Notes under the pieces: model-generated
Seen by the model: only the letters and a program-made list of their open reading frames with translations
Databases searched by the model: none
Told to the model about the DNA's origin: nothing
Made by a program: the position numbers and the translations under genes
Source: Lepidodermella squamata
Lineage: Eukaryota > Animalia > Gastrotricha
Reading direction: 5' to 3'
NCBI GenBank assembly: GCA_047495785.1
Contig: JBLDXI010000074.1
Location: 310,001-374,000 of the forward strand
DNA length: 64,000 nt
Part shown: positions 24,145-35,629 of the stretch, piece by piece
Position numbering within the stretch: the stretch's first letter is position 1
Layout of the letters: every line of letters begins with the position of its first letter

Positions 24145-25590
24145 AAGAACTTGTTAATGACTGTTTTCTTACCAAATGAGCTGGAATCTCCGGTGACGAT
24201 AATCTTCCAAGTTGTGTAATGATTTGCGACCAATATATATGCTGTAATAACATCGACTGTGCTGAAATTTTTCTTTTTGAAAATAAAACTATTCTGTGTA
24301 TATCATATTACTGGAAAATAAAACTTTTCAAATCTTGACAAGGCTTCGTATTTTTGTTGATTTCGGTGGTTGGTTTCATAAGTGATTTCATAACGACGTG
24401 ATATATTTGATGACTCAATATTTGCTCACATGACGGGTCCAGGTCCGAACTTTGTTGGCAGGAACCTCGGTTTCGGCTCCTCAAAATCCGTTGACGAACA
24501 AGTTTTCAGTCGAGGGTCCTAATTGCCATTATGTGGTCTAGAATGATGTCTTTTGCCTGCTTTAGAAGTAGTTGGAGAGAAATGTGTGTTTATGAAGCTA
24601 AGAAACCGTTTACATTTCCTGCCCACCTGCCTGTAGATCAAGGCCGGCGGATTTGATCTCGATGCTCAAGGAGGCTTATAGTAGCTTAACCATTAGACGC
24701 CGGCGCAATGACGTGTTAACTCGAGCACCTTTCAGAAAATCCCAGAAAATCAAGAAGAGGCTGAAATCAAATTCTGAGTCGGCAGAAAGTCTTGCATTTA
24801 GCTTTAGATTTTAGATTGAAAGCCGAACCTCTTTTTCAGAAGAAATTTACCTGGGTTGCCGTTGCTATGACGTGTTAACGCGTTTTCATGACGTGTTAAC
24901 AAGTCATTTAAAATCTTTCTAACTATTTTCGACCTGGTCGGAATGGCTTTGAAAATTTGGATTTTCGGGGAGTGCTTGTTTCTTGCTATTGATTAATCAT
25001 AATTTATGACGCAACAATGGGTTCGATAGCCCCAATCCTCCGACCACGGTGAATTTTCTCCGGAATTAACGCGTGTACACGTCTTCGGCGGCTAAGGGTT
25101 AAATAGGCTTAAAGTGATCGTTCAAACCATTCCCAATTCCCAGCATTGGGAACTGGTTCAGTGTTCGCCATTTCGACACAGAGGAACCACTCCTGAAACC
25201 AAGTGAAATGGTTACCGGCTTTGTTGACTCTTGGTGCCTCATTTACAGGGACAAGGGGCAGGCAGCTGGAATAGCAGCGCTGCTTGACTGGTGAAAAGAC
25301 TACCAATTATTTTTCGATTCTGAATTTTTTTACGAATGTTCGAATGAGAAGACGTTTAAACAAGCTCATTTTACGAATGTGTCCATCAATAATCTCTTCT
25401 TTCAATTTATACTACTGTACTGTAGTATTTCGAGCAATAACAATTGACACCTGGACCCCTTGACTTGCATTAATCATCCGACAAATTTATTTTGTGTAGT
25501 CAAATGATAGTAGATTTGAAGCGTCTATTTATATACTGCCTACTGCCTATGAACTGGAATCAGCAACATTTCATAACATAGATGGAACAG

Positions 25591-26627
25591 TCAATGATGA
25601 GCAGCCTTCCATGCTTTGTACAGCGCAGGAATGTCCTTCAAGATAGGGCCCAGTTTAGGTTTCCAGCCAGTGACACGTTGCAGTTTGGCCGAAGAGGCCA
25701 ATAGCGAATACACCATGAGCTCCGGGCTGCCTGGAGGATTCGGGATTTGAACTTTCTTGCCAATTTTATCGCCCCAAAGGTGGCGAGCAAAAGCTTCTTG
25801 AATGTCAGCATTCGGAACATTGGTATCATCAGTAATATTAAACAATTGTCCAGAGACCTACGAAGAGAGTTAGTATCAAAAGGATGCCTATTCAATTTCA
25901 ACTAGCCTACCTTTTCTGCAGGTGCCTCTACTATCGCGACGTAAGCATTGGCCATGTCGTACACGTGGATCCAAGGGAATTTCTTGTCAATGGCTCCGAT
26001 GTACTTGATGTCGCCGTTTTCAGGGATGGTAAACCAGTCGACGTAATGACCAAAATCACCGCCATAAACCCAGCCCGGACGAACATCGACCGTTTCGAGA
26101 AACTCGGCTGGATTGGCGCGAGCTCGGACGGCGGCTTCGTAGTTTGCTTTCCAGGTCAAGCAGCCATTCGGATTTGGTGGGGTGTCTTCATCGATCAATT
26201 GACCATTGTGGTCGCCGTATGACATCACTCCTCTATGAAGTTGGAAAATGAAACATGCTTAAGTTTCGAGCAAACGCGACTTTTCTTACCCGGTGAAAAT
26301 GTAGCGCCTAGTTTGCTTTGTTCGCTTAGCAATTTCAGCTACTGCGTCGAGAATGCCGGCGCTTCTAGCCGATTTACCGTCCTCGGCGGGCCAAGGTGCC
26401 AAACAGTCAATAACGACATCGAAGTTCTCGAGGTGATTCTTGTAAGTGTTGATATCGTGAGCATCAGCCTCAATGACTTCGATTTCCACAGCTTCCAATT
26501 TCCGCCGAGCTTCAGGTTTGTTGGGGCGAACAATTCCGCTGACCTTGTGGCCAGCTCTGCGGAGACCTACTGCTGCTTCATAGCCGATATAACCGACACC
26601 GATGACAATAACTCGCTTCGTTGCCAT
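25591..26627 (-). CDS. NAD(P)-dependent epimerase/dehydratase (atypical SDR), 3 exons
   Basis: Rossmann motif VIVIGVGYIGYEAA..LRRAGHKV, then YIFTG|GVMSYG, VRPGWVYGG and WIHVYDMANAY. Two short introns (~26233-26289, ~25857-25910). TATAAAA upstream at ~26707-26714. Confidence 0.85.
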
Positions 26628-27005
26628 TATAATTTAGAAAAACGTAGATTTCTACAAATAGTGACAAAAATGACGTCTGGACTGGTTTTGCGTGACTTTA
26701 TGTGAGGTTTTATACTGCTTATCTGACTTTATCGCGAATTTGGACCGGTCGTAAACTGATAACAAATAATGACCTTTTTTAGATTACGGGTTTGATTTTA
26801 GCTGCTCAGACACTAGCATTATTTAATTAAATGCAACAGAAACAAAAAATACAGATTTTAACGCGTGGTTGGAAATTATGAATGAAAGGATAGTAGGTCA
26901 AAAAGTCGTAATGATGGGCGGTAAAACATAATACCAGAGACTCGGTCAATTCCTCATGTTTTATCATGAGCCTCACGAAGATCCAAGAGTTCAATAAGCT
27001 TAATT

Positions 27006-28613
27006 TCAAGAGACAGAGAAAGTCGATGACATTGTGAAGATTGTAGCAAATATGGTCAACGAAGCGCCCGCTAGAGTATTTGAATTGCCTTTATATGCCA
27101 ATAGCTGATCGTGGAGTTTCTTTTTCGCTTCGTCACTTAGCGATTCACATATATTCTTCAGCTCGTACGGATCTGAAGACATGTCGTAAAATTCGCAAGG
27201 CTGTTTGCCTTCGATGTCAAACTCGCAATACAACTGGTCAGTTTTCCCGTCGAGGATTCGCAGGCAATCATACGAGTTGTTTCTCGAGTCCTGGCAGAAA
27301 CAAAATTTGTCACCATCCCATAATGGAGGGTTTTCAAATGTTTCAGCGTCGACGCTGCGACAGTCAGCGTTAGCATCAACAAAGCAATCTGATCTGGCGT
27401 TTTTGGCTGTAGATCCTTCACCCCGATATTGTGTGAAAACATCGGTGCGCCAGGTTGGATTCTTGTCGTAAAATCTAGTCAGAGAAATACCATCGGTCGA
27501 AGAAGATTCCAACCCCGCTATCGCAAGGAAGGTTGGAGCAAGATCAATCAAAGCCACAGGCTTGTCAACCGAAATAGGCTCGCTGATGCGATGCGATCGA
27601 GACAAACTTTCCTTAGCTGGCAGCCATAAAATTGGTACCCGAATATCAGTGTCATAGGGTAACCGTTTATCTAAGATCATACGGTATTGCCCGGTATGGT
27701 ATCCGTTGTCTGACGCGTAAAACAGGTGAGTTTTATCCAACAAGCCCATTTCTTTCAACCTGGCAACGGTATTGTTTATAATGTCCTCAGCAGTCAGTAA
27801 GATCTGGAGCCTTCTCCGGAAAAGAAGGTCCGTAAACTCTTCCTTATTTGCATCCATCGGAGGCTGGTTTGAAATCAACCACTGCTTTCCTTCTGTTCCA
27901 GTGTTGTATGAAGGAGGCCTCGGCGCTTTCACATCTGCGAATTTCTGTTGAAATGTTGGTTCAGCATCGTCTGGCATATGGCAAGCCGTTAGTGCCAACA
28001 CCATGAGAAATGGCTTATCACCGGGTTTGCGCGTAGCTAGGAATTCATTAGCATGTTTTTCCACAACTCGTGGCATGTAGTCATCCGGATATTTGTCCGA
28101 ATGCTCAGTGATTACTCCGTTGTTGGACATATTGTAATAATACTGCGTGCTCTTACCCGTTCCATGCCAATCAGTCCAACCTGCTGGAACTCTCGCGCCC
28201 CCTGTTTCGTCGGTTAGATATTGATTGAGATATTTTCCAGCGTAAAATGTGTCATAGCCTTGCTGCTGTAAGGCATAGGCGAAAGTTCGATGTTCGTTTG
28301 CTGCCTGCCAAGAATACGAAGCGCACCCGCCGGCTACCAGGTTAGTAAAAGCTCCATTGTGCTGCATAAACAGTCCGGTTAGCAACGCCGCTCGACTAGG
28401 GCAGCACACAGGTGTTGTTGTGAAAGTGTTCAGGAATTTTATTGGACTTTGCCCGAACAAGGCGTTAATTGTTTCCAGGTACGGCATCGTAGGCATATCC
28501 TGATCATCTGTCAAGAATAACACAATGTTCTCTTTTGAAAATGATTGCACCAATCGGGAACATGATAAAAGAATGACGCAGGTCAGCACTTTGTAAAATT
28601 TTCGAGCTGCCAT
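27006..28613 (-). CDS. Sulfatase, N-acetylglucosamine-6-sulfatase (GNS)-like, intronless
   Basis: Signal peptide, NIVLFLTDDQD, formylglycine motif CCPSRAALLTG, TFYAGKYLNQY, SDNGYHTGQ..DKRLPYDTDIRVP and EFYDMSSDPYELKN; hydrophobic C-terminus. Confidence 0.92.
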   Translation of the reverse strand: MAARKFYKVLTCVILLSCSRLVQSFSKENIVLFLTDDQDMPTMPYLETINALFGQSPIKFLNTFTTTPVCCPSRAALLTGLFMQHNGAFTNLVAGGCASYSWQAANEHRTFAYALQQQGYDTFYAGKYLNQYLTDETGGARVPAGWTDWHGTGKSTQYYYNMSNNGVITEHSDKYPDDYMPRVVEKHANEFLATRKPGDKPFLMVLALTACHMPDDAEPTFQQKFADVKAPRPPSYNTGTEGKQWLISNQPPMDANKEEFTDLLFRRRLQILLTAEDIINNTVARLKEMGLLDKTHLFYASDNGYHTGQYRMILDKRLPYDTDIRVPILWLPAKESLSRSHRISEPISVDKPVALIDLAPTFLAIAGLESSSTDGISLTRFYDKNPTWRTDVFTQYRGEGSTAKNARSDCFVDANADCRSVDAETFENPPLWDGDKFCFCQDSRNNSYDCLRILDGKTDQLYCEFDIEGKQPCEFYDMSSDPYELKNICESLSDEAKKKLHDQLLAYKGNSNTLAGASLTIFATIFTMSSTFSVS

Positions 28614-28937
28614 TTCTATCAACAACTCATGAAAGCCTTTGCCTCAGCAACTATCGTTTTGGTATTTGTTATCTGCTAAATGCTCAATAGCTAGATAGCA
28701 TAAGATATCATGTATGACTGATGCAGACCAGCGAGTCGTTAATATACAGGCTGAACCCTTGGCTTTGTACCTCGAAGTGAATGTTCTTACCCCATAAAAA
28801 CATGTATAATACAGCTTCAATGCCTCAATGTGTAATATTAGTGTAAACATCCTCTTTGTCTTGAATGGCCGTGATAGGTGATGCCGCGATATCAATGTTC
28901 AAGTACCGTGATACCAGACCGAGCTTTAGCTTAGTTA

Positions 28938-29226
28938 GGAACCTCCTCTCGAAATGTTCTCGCTAATTTTTTCTTCTTTGTAGCTTTTTCAGCTAATCAT
29001 TATTGGGTCTTACTTTTAGCGGAACCAAATTATGAATGGGCCTAAAACCACTTTTCAAAACTGTCAACTTTCACTGATATCATAATTGATCAGCATACCG
29101 TAAATACCGAATTATAAGGCACTGTCTTACCTGTTTTTTCAAAAGCCCGGTATCCCCTGCTAAATAAGCGGCTAAATAAAGGTTGGGGAAAGAAATTATT
29201 AGCGAAGCAACATTTCGAGGGAGCCC
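28938..29226. mobile_element. Possible MITE (~290 bp) with imperfect terminal inverted repeats
   Basis: ctcgaaatgttctcgctaattttttcttc (~28948) is nearly the reverse complement of aagaaattattagcgaagcaacatttcgag (~29190-29219). No clear TSD. Confidence 0.45.
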
Positions 29227-29599
29227 ACGATAAATAGCTTCCTGTTCACTAATGAAGCCAGCAAAGTGATGAAATAAATGGTGGTCATTGGATTTGGGTG
29301 ATTACCATCAAAGTTCCATCTTTGTTCAATGCTTCTGTTGAACTCAAATTATGGTACATATATCCTATTCGAAATCAAGCAGAGATAACGCTCGTCATCG
29401 ACAGGGTTTTGTTTGGGGAGATTCGGCGAGGGAGCGAATTCACGGCGATAAATTATTGAACCATCGAACACGATGTGGTTAATTATTTAGCCACTGCGCC
29501 GTTGAATGTGACACCAAGCGACTTCCTTCCATTCTACTGTACTGTGATTATACTGTGATTTATATCGTTTTCTACAAGCTGTGCCGAAGTCTTATCGTA

Positions 29600-30982
29600 A
29601 TGATCAAGTTTCTACTGTGTTTCACTTGCATTCTCAACCTCTCAGAAGTCAATAGCTCCCAACAGCAGACCTGCGATAACACTCCCATTCAGGTGCAGGA
29701 GCATGACGTTAGCCAGGCTATTTTTGGCGATTCCAAGTACTGGGAGAGACCAGTAAAAGATGCCCGCAAGTCTATCAATGTGCAACTCAAGTTAGGAATA
29801 CTTGCTATCAGCGATATAGTGAGATTCCGCCCCTATGTGAATGACTCAGTTCCAACTTTTTTTGCTTAGAATGAGAAAATGCAGTTGGTTAGCATTAATG
29901 GCTACATCGGCATGGTGAGTCACTTTTGATTTATTATCGTGATGTGTATGACCCAGTTTTTTTTAAATTAGAAATGGATGGATGAAATTCATCGCTGGAA
30001 CGGAACTTTTCCCCTATCATGTGTGGGCAGTCTCGTACTTCCCTACGGTGAGCATACCGGTCTGTGGCTGCCCGAAGTCGCCTTCATGAATGCTGACGAT
30101 GTATATCTGATCACTCGAGACAAGGAAACCTACATACGTATAAATTCAGATGGCAGCAGTAAATTCAGTAGTGCTGGACTTCTATCTTTCCACTGCGACT
30201 TTGATCTCTCGCTTTTCCCGTTCGATACTCAAGATTGCATTGTTCATCTTGAAAGTTGGCGGTATCCACAAACTCATCAGATATTCAAGATCTACGAGCC
30301 AGGCATTGTTATGCAAAACGTAACTCCTCACGAACAGTGGGAGATAGTTCAAACAAGAATTTTAAACCAGACTGTATTATACTCAGATCCAACAGTAACC
30401 TTCGACACTATGAAGTTTCAGCTCAGTTTTCGGCGAAAACCCGGTTATTATACGCTCAACGTGATCGTTCCAAGCTCTATGATTTCGATAATTGAACTAG
30501 CCTCTTTTGCTGCTTCGCCTAAGCGAGTAGAACGTCTGGAAATATCATTCACATGTATGCTAGCTTACGCAATGTTTCAGTCTCTGACTGCCGCTGAAAT
30601 GCCGCACTCAGCTGACCATCCGCCTATGCTCACCATCTACTTGTGCCTGATGACGGTTTACATCGCCGTAGCTATTTTCGCACAAAGTATTTGCTTATTT
30701 CTGCTCGAAAAACGGGCCTACAAACTCAAACTGATCAGGTACTTATGCATGCGGAAGCGTGGTCAAACGAACTCTGGTTTATCGGAACTCTATGCTGAAA
30801 CACAGATAGATGGTTCTACTCAACTTAAGATCGAACACGAGGCGGTTGCGAAAAATATTGCGGCGTCTTTGGTGGACGTAATTGATAAAATTGCATTCTA
30901 CTGTTATTTCGCGACTGTTCTAATCACCACATTGATCTGTTTCATTTTCATCCCTCAATATTACTCATCCGTATCCAAGTAG
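29600..30982 (+). CDS. Cys-loop pentameric ligand-gated ion channel subunit, divergent non-alpha, probably cationic (exons 29600-29818, 29870-29914, 29972-30982)
   Basis: Signal peptide, ERPVKD, LWLPEVAFMN, Cys-loop CDFDLSLFPFDTQDC, ESWRY, RRKPGYYTLNVIVP (M1), ERL..SFT.ML (M2) and DVIDK..F (M4). No vicinal Cys in loop C. Confidence 0.9.
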
Positions 30983-31446
30983 CAGCGCATCAGCATAACA
31001 GCACTAATGCTGCTTTCTGCTTTCTATTCCTATCATAAATCATAACTCAGTCGTATGTGGCCTCTGACATGAATAGTGAAAATCTCTCGCTCACTAACTC
31101 AACTTCAAATATCATGAAAAGGAGTAATTAAACCAAATCTCTCAGTGGAAATCGATTCCGGCACTGTTTCAGTTTTTGAAGATTGAAAAATTTCTGGGAT
31201 CACCTAAGCGCAAGGATTCCACTTTTTAATCGAATTCGCTTTCAAACATGATGAGGTATTTTGAACAATTCTCAATCCTTCATACTGAGTAGATCCCGTC
31301 TTGAGTTTATTATTGAAAACACCTATTAGCTAGTAGCAAAAAGCTTTTTGTTGAAATAAAGTCGAAATACTGATGAGCGATTGTTGTTCTGTAAAGTGAG
31401 AGTATCAATGAACATATTTTCGCAGATGCGGTTCGTAGACGGATAG

Positions 31447-31644
31447 TCACCGTTCAATGACTTGACCGAATTTCGGGTCAGTGCTGGGGACATTCTCAGC
31501 CAATGAGCGGGAGGAAGAGCTGCTTACTGAAGTCTGCTCGTAACCAAAGGCCATGAAAGCGAAGAGAGTCACAATGCCGAGCAGAATGAAGGCGGCGAGG
31601 AGTAAACCGTAGACGTAGATTGTAGCGCTGGCGACCGTGCTCAT
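31447..31644 (-). CDS. Single-TM microprotein family, copy 1 (65 aa)
   Basis: MSTVASATIYVYGLLLAAFILLGIVTLFAFMAFGYEQ...FGQVIER. Confidence 0.8.
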   Translation of the reverse strand: MSTVASATIYVYGLLLAAFILLGIVTLFAFMAFGYEQTSVSSSSSRSLAENVPSTDPKFGQVIER

Positions 31645-31852
31645 TCGAATTTAGACGCTACGGGTAATTTAGAATTAATCCGCGCAAATATTCTAAAACA
31701 GAACAAGTTTATTAATGAGCAAAATGTACGCAAATAACAGTTGATGCAATAGCAAATTGGTTCGAAATTGAAGAAATTCGGCTCGATTGTTTGTCTTATG
31801 TTCCCAATAATCAGTGGACATATTTTCTCAGATGAGGCTCATAGACAGATAG

Positions 31853-32035
31853 TCACCGTTCAATAACTTCACCAAATGGGACTGAGGAAGATGAGCTCGT
31901 CGACGAGGTTTTGCTGACAGAATTTTGTTCGTAGCCGAAAGCCATGAAAGCAAGCAGGATCACTAGACCGACTAGGACGAAGAGTGAAAGAAGCAGGCCG
32001 TAAATATAAACCGTGGAGCTCGCAACTGCGCTCAT
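31853..32035 (-). CDS. Single-TM microprotein family, copy 2 (60 aa)
   Basis: MSAVASSTVYIYGLLLSLFVLVGLVILLAFMAFGYEQ...FGEVIER; the 3' flank resembles that of copy 1. Confidence 0.8.
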   Translation of the reverse strand: MSAVASSTVYIYGLLLSLFVLVGLVILLAFMAFGYEQNSVSKTSSTSSSSSVPFGEVIER

Positions 32036-32257
32036 TTGTTGTATGACCAAGTGCTAAGACGCTAAAAAACTCAGAAAAAAGCGAAAATGAAAAACGAAAT
32101 GCATTTCAAAATTCATAGTTTTACTGTAAGAAATCACAACCCTCATTCCATTAATAAGTTTCGATAAATAATTGGGCACAAGCGATCTAGCATAATTGAT
32201 AAAGTCTTGTATTAAGGTAACTCGTTAAATGACAGGTTTTGACAGGGTGCTCGCAAC

Positions 32258-32389
32258 TCAGCCAGTTCCAAACGTGACCTCTTTATAGCCGAATGCCATA
32301 ATGACAAATAAGACGAAGATTCCGAGCAAGGTGAGTATTGCCATGACTAGTCCATAAACATATACCGCATTCTTGTCGATTGAGCTCAT
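32258..32389 (-). CDS. Single-TM microprotein family, copy 3 (43 aa; not in ORF track)
   Basis: MSSIDKNAVYVYGLVMAILTLLGIFVLFVIMAFGYKEVTFGTG*. Confidence 0.8.
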   Translation of the reverse strand: MSSIDKNAVYVYGLVMAILTLLGIFVLFVIMAFGYKEVTFGTG

Positions 32390-33218
32390 GTCGGCACCGT
32401 TTCGGGTGATCACAAGTAAATAGCAATTAATCTAATCGCCCTATAAGTGTTACACAAATATCATGGTTATGGGAGAAAAATCATCGGGTCAGTTACGTAA
32501 AACTCGGTCATAATTTCTAAACACTGCACAGCGCTGCTCCCTCTCGGTAATGTTTGATCAAAAGGTTTGCTGATCAGCGGTAGCAGTTAACAGGTGATAA
32601 GTGGAGCGTTGCGAAAGACGCTTGATTCTGTGCCGGCCGCGCGCGCACAATAAATACGGAAGCAGTGACGCGCCTTTAAGAGGATAATTACCTGCCACTG
32701 ACGCATATCACAGCTAAAGCAGATCAAAGGCTATAGTTTGTGGTGATTGTCGATGTTTACCTAATAGACTTGGCGAGCAACACGCGCACACTTGGGACGT
32801 CCGATGTTTACCGATCTGCGCAATAATCAGTAATCACTTGACCAAATTGAGTGCTCTTTAGGACGGTGTTACACATGTCCTGGTATGCGCCGGGCACGCG
32901 CTCGGTACTCATGTGTGATATAGCTATTCCTGCCAAGCTTTTGCCACCATTTTCCTTGACGCGACACAAACGATACTTCAAGTATCACACTGGCTCTGGA
33001 CTCACTGAGCATGCTCAAATGATTTCATGTTGTAACAAAATGCAACGCTATTTTAGTACACAAATGTCTTGTTTTTATTTTGTAAACCATGCAAGAATTA
33101 CAACAGAACCAGGTATACAATGATAAGTACTGAAAATTGCACAGGTGATTGAATGATAGCTTGCTGTTTTATAAATTGAACCAGGAATGATGATGAAGAT
33201 TCGACGCGGGGTGATGAG

Positions 33219-33347
33219 TTAACCGCTTGTCGTCGCGCTGTAGTAGCCCATCGCCATGAGGAAGAACAGCAAGATGATACCCGCGATGATGCAGATCGCC
33301 AGAATTAGGCCGTACATATAGACGCAATTCTTATCGACGGATCCCAT
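33219..33347 (-). CDS. Single-TM microprotein family, copy 4 (42 aa; not in ORF track)
   Basis: MGSVDKNCVYMYGLILAICIIAGIILLFFLMAMGYYSATTSG*. Confidence 0.8.
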   Translation of the reverse strand: MGSVDKNCVYMYGLILAICIIAGIILLFFLMAMGYYSATTSG

Positions 33348-33728
33348 TTTTCTCGCTTTCGAAATGTAATTCCTAAGAATATAATGACATGGAAATATAA
33401 ATTATTTTGTCTTAGCTGGACATTCGCCTAACATAGGAAGTCAAAATGCTCGACTAAGGGCGAATGAATTGCCCCGGGTGTTTATAACTGCGGTACATCA
33501 AAGGTAAGGTGTTGAGTCAATACAGGAAACTCGCTCACTGGAGACCTCACGGATTAGCGGCTCATCATTTGGTAATCAAAGAACAAAACGCACCCTTGGT
33601 ACACATATCTCGCCTTTTATTACTGCTTAGGTTGAGCAGATAAAACACATAGGAATGTCAAACAAAAGCGAATTATTGCTGTACAATTAAGTAAATTGGC
33701 TATCAGCTTAGTGTAGATTGGGACATTT

Positions 33729-33989
33729 TCACGCAGCTCCTCCAACAGCTGCTGCGGGCGGGTTCGCGACAGTGTTTGTTAATAACTTGCTCGATTCGAC
33801 ATCGCCGGACATGACAGCATTTTTTATGACGATGTAGCGCTTGGATGTCGTATCGTCATCATCGTTATTTTCGATTTCGATGTAATATCCGATCGCCATC
33901 AGCGTAAACAGCCCCAGTATTGCCACCATAGAAATTACTGAAGCCACCACTCCATACAAGAAAACTGAGTTTTTGCTGACAGTTCCCAT
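33729..33989 (-). CDS. Single-TM microprotein family, copy 5 (86 aa)
   Basis: MGTVSKNSVFLYGVVASVISMVAILGLFTLMAIGYYIEIENNDDDD... Confidence 0.78.
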   Translation of the reverse strand: MGTVSKNSVFLYGVVASVISMVAILGLFTLMAIGYYIEIENNDDDDTTSKRYIVIKNAVMSGDVESSKLLTNTVANPPAAAVGGAA

Positions 33990-34398
33990 TCCTCGATTTG
34001 TCTTTGGGTGTGATTCTGCTAAATTGCGAAAGTGACAAAAGTGCGAACGCACGCTGCACCGAGAAATAGCGCATTGTTTGACGCGTTAAGGTGGATTAAT
34101 TCGTAATTAGACTCATCGCATTCTGCGCATCGCCACTTGTTAGTTCATGGCGTCGACAACCTGGTTTCAGCTAATTATCCAGTTTTTGGTGCGCTTGCAT
34201 TAATTATGAACACTTGACAAGGCGTCAAACTCGACAAGTCAAGCCGCGGACATTTTTCGCATGTTTTATTCGATAAAAACGTAAACAAACGGTTATCATA
34301 GGCTAATTCCGTATTTACAATGTTAGACCCATTAGTTCTGAAAATTTTAGATGATAATAGAGTTGTCGAATGATAATATAGAGATGCTCGATATCCAG

Positions 34399-34783
34399 TT
34401 AACCAGTCGACGTAGTCGCGTAGTAGTATCCGAACGCTGAAAAATCAAGATTGATCTGTTATTGTGATGTGTACAGACATTCGTTATAATGGATGCGCTA
34501 GAAGACTCATAACAGAAAGGTTTCACGTTGGAATGTCCCATAATCGGTATATCGATGGAAAATCCTTGCCCATTCATTGGGAACTTACCCATGACGAAAA
34601 ATAGAATCGCGATTCCGACAAAAATAACCTGTTCAATGCATTTAAAATAATTGTAGTTCACAAATGAAAGAATCTTACAATAGCGAGGATGAGAGCATAC
34701 AGGTACACTGTTAAAGCATATTGGTAGACTGTAATGGTGTAAAGTGCTTCACACTTACCGGTGTTTGTAGTGATAGTTCCCAT
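34399..34783 (-). CDS. Single-TM microprotein family, copy 6 (43 aa; 4 exons 34783-34759, 34707-34679, 34628-34589, 34436-34399)
   Basis: Removing three GT-AG introns (51, 50, 152 nt) gives MGTITTNTVYLYALILAIVIFVGIAILFFVMAFGYYYATTSTG*, colinear with the unspliced paralogs. Confidence 0.8.
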
Positions 34784-35307
34784 TTCGATGTGATGACTTC
34801 TGTAGGAAATAGCACTCAAAAATGGCAAATTTTCTCGAGAGCCGCAAAACAGCGCAAATGAAGGGCGCGCTCTTCCGCTCGAGAGTCATTTCACAACGTT
34901 ACAATGAACGCCTCTAGCATCGAGGCGTTAATGTAGCAGGAGTCGCGTTGTTTCGTGTCAATAGATAACGCTCGCTAACGCCACTCGAGTGACAGTGATT
35001 ATTTGCCAACAACAGGTAGTAATGACAGAACAATTAATTATATTACGAGTGCGCCGTTTCGCGTAACCTGCTCCCGCTTCTCCTGATAGAAGCCGAAATC
35101 GCCAGCGTCAAGCCGCTTTGGCTCGCCGAGCGCAACCTTAAAAGTTTGACGCTTCGGAACCCAATACATCCTCATTACCAGTATTTTGCGTTTATTTCAA
35201 GTTCAGAATTGGCACAAGATAGATAATTGCACAACCTTAAGTATAAATTATTGCATGGTAAAAGCGTTTTGTTTAAAGAGGTTCGGCGGGTGGGTTTATC
35301 CAGAATT

Positions 35308-35430
35308 TTAGGTGGTGATTTGCAGGTAGGCGAATCCCATTAGGAAGAATAGAACGGCGATGCCGAGGAAAACTATTACTGCTAGGACGAGGCCGTAGAT
35401 GTAGATCGTGTTCTTGTCGATGGATCCCAT
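35308..35430 (-). CDS. Single-TM microprotein family, copy 7 (40 aa; not in ORF track)
   Basis: MGSIDKNTIYIYGLVLAVIVFLGIAVLFFLMGFAYLQITT*. Confidence 0.82.
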   Translation of the reverse strand: MGSIDKNTIYIYGLVLAVIVFLGIAVLFFLMGFAYLQITT

Positions 35431-35512
35431 GTTTCGTAGGTAGATTAGTCTGAACTTTAGCTTATTATGAACCTAGTTTAAATAATCGTTAAGAGTTAGC
35501 GCCAGTCATCTT

Positions 35513-35629
35513 TTAGCCGCTGCTATTTGAGATGATGAGCAAGACGAAAAAGACAATGATTCCCACGACAGCTAATACGCCCACGACTAGGCCGAAAGTG
35601 TAAATGGCATTGCTGTCGACAGAGCCCAT
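35513..35629 (-). CDS. Single-TM microprotein family, copy 8 (38 aa; not in ORF track)
   Basis: MGSVDSNAIYTFGLVVGVLAVVGIIVFFVLLIISNSSG*. Confidence 0.75.
   Translation of the reverse strand: MGSVDSNAIYTFGLVVGVLAVVGIIVFFVLLIISNSSG

Noticed and set aside
25591-26627. Horizontal origin of the atypical SDR
   Set aside because: The sequence looks microbial-like, but it has normal introns and HGT cannot be supported without a phylogeny.
32225-32260. Stop-codon readthrough of microprotein copy 3 (TGA followed by 10 more codons)
   Set aside because: There is no readthrough context (TGA-G), and the stop position matches the other short paralogs.
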